64,000 nt of DNA, from the NCBI GenBank assembly GCA_951406725.2, contig OX597821.1, forward strand, positions 46,004,001 through 46,068,000, written 5' to 3'. Numbering within the stretch: position 1 is the stretch's first letter; each line of letters starts with the position of its first letter. The position numbers and the translations under genes are program-made. Origin of the DNA: Octopus vulgaris. Its lineage: Eukaryota. The notes under the pieces are model-generated. The model was not told the DNA's origin. It did not search any database and was given only the letters and a program-made list of their open reading frames with translations. Shown piece by piece: positions 55,107 through 64,000 of this stretch.

Positions 55107-55955
55107 ATACCATACCTCCATGCCCACAGTTTATACAGGTAGAGTAGAATAGTTAGTGGACTGTTAGGTAGATAAATGTATGTATGTGGGTGTGAGTGTG
55201 TGTGTATGCCTTTTTTTAATCATTATTACTTTTTTTGTTATTTTTTATATTTTTTATTTTATTATTAAAAAATTTTTTTTTTAAATTTCTGTATGTAAGC
55301 ATTTAGATATGTAAATAAACAGATCAATATACAGACGGATAGGTATATAGACCATATGAACAGACACATATGGAGACACGGATCCATACATATAAAGATG
55401 CACATCCATACATACAAACATGGTACATAGTTACATAACACACACACACACACACAAGGAGACAAGGAGACATATATATACAAACACATGCTCACACACA
55501 CATACACAGAAAATACACAAACACGGACAGGCAAGCACATAAATATGCAGGATACATGCATACAGATGCACAAACATACATACATACATATGCATACACA
55601 CACATATATACATACATACACATGCAAACACACACACACATACATACATGCATGCATGTATAGGCACACACACACACACACACACTGACCCACACACATG
55701 CGCACAAACAAACAAAAGGGAACGCAGTGTAAATAACGGACAGAGTCAAGATTATTGAAAAGGTTGCAAGACGCAACGAAAATTTTAGAAAATAAAAAAA
55801 TAAGAAATAAGTGGAAGTTTTACCGGTGAGTGTGTTAAATAATAAGGTACTAAAAGAGAATGACTCTCCCCAGACACAACAGAATATGCTTCATCACACG
55901 AACTCACATAAAGAATCTTGCAAACCAAATCCAAAAACGAAGTATATATATATAT

Positions 55956-56089
<134 letters not shown>

Positions 56090-56295
56090 GCACAAAAGTT
56101 GAAATTTACAGAAAACCAAAAGACGAAGACATGTATATGAACAACAAACAGGTGTATTAGTTTGACCCCAGGGAAAGTGGAAGTAATTTTCGTTTCGAGC
56201 CTACACTCGTCAACAGAAAGGAATAAGAGAAAATAAACAGGGAGAAAAAAAACATGTGGATTTAGCAATCAGGCTATATATATATATATACATAA

Positions 56296-56395
<100 letters not shown>

Positions 56396-57437
56396 GATTA
56401 AATAAAAAGACAACAAATGGATATATATATATATATATATATGTATATATGTACATGTGAGTGTGTGTGTGTGTGTGTGTGTTTGTGTATGTGTTTGTGC
56501 GTGTATTTGTGTGTGCGTGTGCGCGCGTGTAAGTGGCTGTGCGTATGTGTGCATGCGTTTATCGCTGCACTCCCTGACGATCGGCAATCGGTGTCGGTTT
56601 GTTTATATCTCCTAACTTTAAGGCTCGGTAAAAGAGCATTTAGAGTAAGTAGCCGGCCTAAAATAATACACTATGGGGGGTCGATCCATTCAACTAAACT
56701 GTACAAGGCGTTGTCTCAGCATGGCCGCAGTCTAAAAGATTAAAGCTATATATTATATTGTTGACGATATAAGAATTTTATAAACTTTGAGAGTTTATAT
56801 ATAACATGTTTTATGTTATACATATTATACACATTATGTACATAATATGTATATTTTGTGTGTGCGTCTGTATGAATTTTGTTTATTCGTAGCAGTGATC
56901 AGAAGTCCAGGGATTATTAATAATCACCGGTCTCATGGAACAGATAAACTTTACAAATAAACGTAGTGAATCCTCTTTCAACTAAGGCCTTTTCAGCTCC
57001 ATAATGGGCTTATTTCATTTCCAGGATCGGTCTTAAGCCAATTAGATAGATTTGTTCAAAATGGGCTCCGCACCAAGAGATGCCCCCCCCCCCCCCGCAC
57101 GAGCAGAGGACGCTTTGATGAATTTTTAGTGAACCACGGTGGCTCAGGGTGGAGAGCCTCAAACCCTCAGTGCTTCTTGGGTGGGACTGGCATACTACAC
57201 AAAACAGAAAACATCAACCTTCAACTTTCGTTCAGTACAGGGTGCTACTTCATTATTCTCTAATTGGGCCCCGCAATGGCTTCATACCTTTGCATGAATA
57301 TATTTCATATACACACATGTGCTATATATATATGTGAGTGTTTGTATGTGTGTGAGTGCGCGCGTGTGTGTATATGTGTGTAGTGTAATATAATATGTTA
57401 TGTCTTTATAATATATTTTATTTTAGGTGGGTCAGTC

Positions 57438-57486
57438 ACTTGCTACTCCAGTTTCACCTGTGGGTGCACAATATCTTCAGGTAAGT
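57438..57486 (-). ncRNA. hammerhead ribozyme motif
   Basis: acuuac-CUGAAGA-[uugug/cacag stem II]-GAA-acu-gg-agu-A|gcaagu. The adjacent inverted partial copy (about 57493-57522) has ACTTGC, the perfect stem I complement. Confidence 0.7.
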
Positions 57487-57936
57487 TATAACATAACTTG
57501 CCTGAAGACGTTGTGTACCCACTATGAGTGACTCGACCCAAACAACAGATGCTTTCATTCTCTATTATGGTACTGAATATACAGTGGCATAGTAGAGGGT
57601 ATATACGTTTAATGTAGTCAACATGTATATATATAGAGATATAGATATATATATATATACATACATACACATATACACATGTACATACACACACATATAC
57701 ATATATATATATATATATACATATGTATACACATATGCATATATATATATACATATGTATACACATATACATATATATATATACATATATATGCATATGT
57801 GTATACATATGTATATATATATATACATACAAAATAGTTATAAAATCTCAAGAGACAGAGGAGTAACGTATACTCGCTTTACTGTTATCTACATACATTT
57901 ATGCATAAATTTGTGCGTGTGCCATGTGTGTGTATG

Positions 57937-58017
<81 letters not shown>

Positions 58018-58292
58018 GTGTGTGTGTGTGTCTCCGAAGTAAATATATTGTGCAAGGCGAATTTAATACAGTATTTGCGCAAAGATAATATTCCCTATGG
58101 ACAAGCTCTATTCAAAAAACACAATATGCATATTGCGGTCAGTCGAAAATCGGCCCAGCAGATTGTAGTGAGTATACTGGATGAATTTCTGCGCGTTGGG
58201 CTTTTACACGAGCGTGTAACACATAGCCAATGGAAAGCTATTATATATATATATATTATATATTATATTTATATATATATATATATATATAT

Positions 58293-58450
58293 AACGGGAA
58301 GCTTTATGAAAATAGACAAAACGCGAAGGCAGGTGGGAAACAAACAAACAATTGTATTAGTATGGCGCTCAGGAAATATAAATAAAACAAGTCTTTAACG
58401 TTTCGAGCCTACGCTCTTCAACAGAAAGATACACAGAGAGAAAATACACA
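58293..58450 (-). mobile_element. short HHR-bearing repeat (copy of the 22508 family)
   Basis: The HHR-like motif at 58392-58429 is identical to 22589-22626. A more decayed relative lies at about 56095-56275. Confidence 0.7.
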
Positions 58451-58569
58451 TATATATATATATATACATATATATATAAATATATATATATAAATATAAA
58501 TATAAATATATATGTATGTATGTATATATATATGTGTGTATACACACATATATATATATAGATTGATAG

Positions 58570-58630
<61 letters not shown>

Positions 58631-58656
58631 TATACATGCATACATACATACATACA

Positions 58657-58691
<35 letters not shown>

Positions 58692-58779
58692 GTATATATA
58701 CGTATATGTGTGTGTGCACGCGTGTGCGTGTGTGTATTATATATGCATATATATATATCATCTTTACACACGTTCAGTC

Positions 58780-59345
58780 CACTCTGAACTAATGTCTCAG
58801 TATATTCTCTTCACCAACTACAGTCTGATGTTTCCCTCATCCATGTTTAGGTGCCGAAGAATTTAGCAAAGTCTTCATTCCAGCTTCTACATGGTCATGA
58901 TGCGGTATCTATTCTGTTAATTTGATATTCCGTCTGTTGTACTTTCTTCTAGAAACCATATCCCACGAAAGTCCATTTCAGAGGTTTTCTTTTTAATATT
59001 CTCCAGACGAGATCCGTTAAACCTGTTGCCACACTAATACTGTAGTTTCTCCACTAATTCATTTTGTTAATCTTCAGCAATCTCCTGAATATATTTCATA
59101 TACACACATTGGAAATAAGTCTTACTCTTGATTTATTTTCAATGCACTTGTTGGTAGTCCACGTTTAACACTGGTCGAGACCTTTCTTTTTAGACATTTG
59201 AGCAAATTACTGCTCATGATATGATTCAATTTACCAAAGGCTGACCATCCTAATATTTGTATTCGTCGTTCAATTTCTTTGGTCTGATTTTTTATCCTTT
59301 AAGCATATAATTTGGCCCAGATAGGTGTGTTGGTTTACATTTTAA
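58780..59345 (-). mobile_element. RTE-clade LINE 3' relic
   Basis: YLGQ..EIERRIQILGWSAFGKLNHIMSSNLLKCLKRKV; decayed. Confidence 0.7.
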
Positions 59346-59568
59346 ACTATTTTATCATCTATTATCATATTTCGAAATGTGATTAAATCCTCGGAGTTTA
59401 TTTTATTAATATTAATAAAACAAATATATATATATATTTCTTCTAAACTATGTCATTGTATGAAAAAAATTTATAACATTCTTCAGACATATTGACTCAA
59501 ATATATATTTTTTAACCTTTTAAAACAAACCTTCTGTAGTTTTTTCACTTTTTACTATTTTCTCTCTC

Positions 59569-59625
<57 letters not shown>

Positions 59626-59796
59626 ACACATACACACACACATATTGTGTTTATTAAATGATATTTATCTCACCAGATTGAATACTTTTTTTGTTGATGT
59701 TACCATCACAACAGTACACTACACATAGACACACACACACACATAAGCATATATACATACATACACACTCACATATGGATACATGTACTTGTAATG

Positions 59797-59830
<34 letters not shown>

Positions 59831-59832
59831 TT

Positions 59833-59962
59833 ATAACGTGAAACCCGGAGTAATAAATTTTGTTGAATTTTCAGCTGCTTTTAAATAAAGCATATTACTC
59901 TACCCCTGGTATTTGAGTACTCTTTTTTCCACTTTGTTTCACATTTATGTGTTTACTCCGGT
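59833..59962 (+). mobile_element. 5'-truncated copy of the 60775 HHR element
   Basis: Inverted homolog of 60775-60900; begins inside the HHR (AACGTGAAACCCGGAGTA). Confidence 0.75.
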
Positions 59963-60364
59963 ATATATATATATGTATATATAGTAAGAGGGAGAGAGAT
60001 GAATACCCAGGCATAATACGTGTTACTCATTGTAACACGTTTCTTCCGATGATCTGTTTTAAAGTATACTCCTGAAAACTACCATCCGGTGTTACGGTTC
60101 ATTTCCTGGCTGCTTAGAGTATAAAATCTCAATTATAATAATTATATGGAAAACGAAGAGCTTCAACATTCAGACTTTCCGATTGGTTTATTCATAGTAA
60201 TTGACCGACACGTGAATAAACCAAGCGAGAAGTCTGAATGTTTAAGGTCTTCGCTTTTTTTTAAATTTAAATATTAGTGAACACACAGACACACTCATAT
60301 ATATATTTTTTATTTTATTTTATCTAGTTTCAGCTCACGAGCTGTGGCCGTATGTTGGGGCACC

Positions 60365-60421
<57 letters not shown>

Positions 60422-60458
60422 ATATATATATATGTATATATACATATATACATATACA

Positions 60459-60495
<37 letters not shown>

Positions 60496-60618
60496 CAAAG
60501 TAAGAGAGGTGTTATGAAGATAACCCACTATGGGATATCAGTTATCCAATAAACTGATGGTAAAGTGCCCAAATACTAAATACATAAATGCTTATAACTG
60601 CAACACTCATATATATAT

Positions 60619-61040
<422 letters not shown>

Positions 61041-61321
61041 GCACACACATACACACACATAATGATATATGATCTATGTCCGCGTCTCAGCGCATGCGTT
61101 TTGACATTCAAAAGGAAACGTCATTCAGACATTTCTAAATTTCAGCTTTCTTTTCTTCGTCATCAAACTTCGGCGTCACTATCAAACGTTTTCCTCGTAA
61201 AAAAATAAATTTGCAATCTTCTAAAAAAGTATTGAGTAATCTTAGTTTCATGCTTTGCTTCAGAAACATTAATGTATTCATACATACGCACATATATACA
61301 TACACATACATACATACATAC

Positions 61322-61373
<52 letters not shown>

Positions 61374-61376
61374 ATA

Positions 61377-61437
61377 TTCTTTTATTCTTTTACTTGTTTC
61401 AGTCATTTGACTGCGGCCATGCTGGAGCACCGCCTTT
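61377..61437 (-). mobile_element. SINE family C tail fragment
   Basis: Reverse complement of the GGCGGTGCTCCAGCATGGCCGCAGTCAAATGACTGAAACAAG tail. Confidence 0.8.
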
Positions 61438-61520
61438 ATACATATATATATGTATATGTATACATACATATATATATATGTATGATTATATATATATATA
61501 TATACATACATATATATATG

Positions 61521-61566
<46 letters not shown>

Positions 61567-61582
61567 CATATATATATGTATG

Positions 61583-61619
<37 letters not shown>

Positions 61620-62246
61620 GCGTTTCTATGCATGTATGTATGCATATATGTAAATGTATGCAAAGAGAGGACACACACACTCACACATACAAACAAACAC
61701 ACACACACATACACACACACACACACACACGTCAGTGTGGTCGCTTGTCTCTGCATCTCTTAAATTCTTTGTTCCTCGAGGATAATCAAGTGATGTGTCC
61801 TGGGAATAAGTATGCTTGTGTATATGTTTGTGTGTCTGTGTGTCCGAGTGTGCGCGCGTGCATGCGTGCGTGTGTCTGTGTGTCTGTGTGTGTATATTCG
61901 AGCGGTTCTGCGTTGCGTCTGAGAATGTGAATGTACATCTGTGTTTTTGTATGCATACACACACACGCGCGCGCACACACATACACACATACACACACAC
62001 ACACACAAACACTCGCAAATACACAGATATACTGAAATTGACACACGCACGCTCAAACGACTAAATGCATGTGTTTCCGATGTACTTATATATATATATA
62101 TATGTGTGCGTGTGTGTGTATGTGTATGTATATATATATATCTATATCTATCTATTTCTCTATCTATATATATATAGGTGTATGTATATATATATGAAAT
62201 AAAGCTTACTTGGAAATGGATGCGTGGCGTTCGATCAGGGGATATA

Positions 62247-62370
<124 letters not shown>

Positions 62371-62397
62371 CATACATATATATATATATATATGTAT

Positions 62398-62483
<86 letters not shown>

Positions 62484-62652
62484 GTGGGGTACGTATATAC
62501 ATGTTTATGCATGTAGACATACATACAGATACATGTTTATGCATGTATAAGTGCCCGTCGCCTCGTGTATGTGCATGGCGAGCGTGTTGGTGCGCAGGTG
62601 CGTGTGTGTGTGTGTGCGTACGTGTGTATGTGTGTATGTGCGTGCGTGTGTG

Positions 62653-62690
<38 letters not shown>

Positions 62691-63297
62691 TGTTGTGTGG
62701 CTGGCTGGCTGTTGAAGAAGCGATGATTTGTTTATTACAAGCCACTATTGAGTTTTTTTATTTTATTACCTCCACACCTCAGCTTTCTCTCCCTATTCCC
62801 CCCACCTTCTCCTCTCTCTTCCTCCCCTTCTTTTCCTTACCACATTCCAAGTGCCAAAGGTTAAAGATAGTGTTTAGATCTGATTGGTTTACTTCTCTCT
62901 TCCTTTCCCTCTCATTACGCCTCTCTCTCTTTCTCTTTTTCTGCTGCTTGTGTGTTTTTTTTTTCCTTTTTATATTTCTCTCTCTCTTTCCCAATCGCTT
63001 CCCTCTCCCACCACCACCACCACCACCATATCCAATTTCTATATGTCCACTTTTTTCTCCTTCTGTCTCTCTGTCTCTCTCTCTCTCTCTTTACCTATTC
63101 CCTCTCATTCACTATTCCTCTTATTCTCTCTTACCCCACAATCCCCGATATATATATACACGTATATATATATATATATACATACACACACACACATATA
63201 TATACATGTATATATATATACATACACACATAAAGACACACACACACATATATATATATGTATATATATATATACATAAACAGACATAAACACACAC

Positions 63298-63332
<35 letters not shown>

Positions 63333-63380
63333 TATATATGTATATATATACATACACACACTCACACATACATACACATA

Positions 63381-63469
<89 letters not shown>

Positions 63470-64000
63470 CCCTTAACAGGCACCGACGTATTTGTCTTTT
63501 CCTTGTTACAAAGCCTCCTCCCGTTGCTAATACAGTTTTAATGCTATGTCCAAAACGATGACATGGCGAGGAACGACGGGATAGCTTCTACCGGATAAAT
63601 CAGGCACTATATCACATAAACCGGCTGGCTTGACATTTTCACTCCTCACCCTAGCATATTTCTTTCTCTCTCTCTCTCTCTCTCTTCTCTTTCTTTTCCC
63701 TCCTCCATAGCAACATAATACTTTTCTTTAAACCTCTCTTTGTTATTCTAGTCGTTGCAATCGTTCACTCCCTCACTATTACACACACACACGTTCTCTG
63801 TCTCTCTCTTTCTTCTTCTTCTTCTTCTTCTTCTTCTTCTTCTGTTCTTCACCATTTTTCACAAATATATTTTTTCAATATCTATCACTATTCTAATGAT
63901 TTACTACCATTCCCTGTTACGCATTCTTTTTAAAAATCTTTCAATTCCTTCCCCTACCATCCAATCTTTCAGCTTTCCCACACTCTCCTCTCACATTTTA

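Noticed and set aside
58072-58167. 96-nt AG/GT-bounded open segment (YLRKDNIPYGQALFKKHNMHIAVSRKSAQQIV)
   Set aside because: The polypyrimidine tract is weak, no homology is recognisable and no partner exons are evident, so it cannot be separated from chance.

Overview
AT-rich, microsatellite-saturated eukaryotic intergenic/intronic DNA. The repeat families and the (TA)n/(TACA)n/(TAA)n load look most like a coleoid cephalopod (Octopus); this is an inference. No intact protein-coding gene is evident, and nearly all ORF-track entries are microsatellite or SINE artefacts. The window is a transposon graveyard: a Helitron relic with its 3' terminus, three Tc1/mariner relics and three MITEs, R4/Dong-like, Tx1/L1-like and RTE LINE fragments, Penelope-like (GIY-YIG) relics, at least four tRNA-headed SINE families with many target-site duplications (TSDs), a tRNA-Gly(GCC) pseudogene and two minisatellites. 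The most notable signal is about ten hammerhead-ribozyme (HHR) motifs from about six unrelated small repeat families. They have minimal or palindromic stem III and often lie in fold-back inverted duplications. One element combines a tRNA-like head with an HHR tail, making it a candidate Penelope-mobilised SINE or retrozyme. Also seen: recurrent insertion of one SINE family at GGTA inside its own copies, tail swapping between SINEs, and a probable gene 5' end (AAGATGGCGGCG...GTGAGT) at about 17.26 kb on the minus strand.
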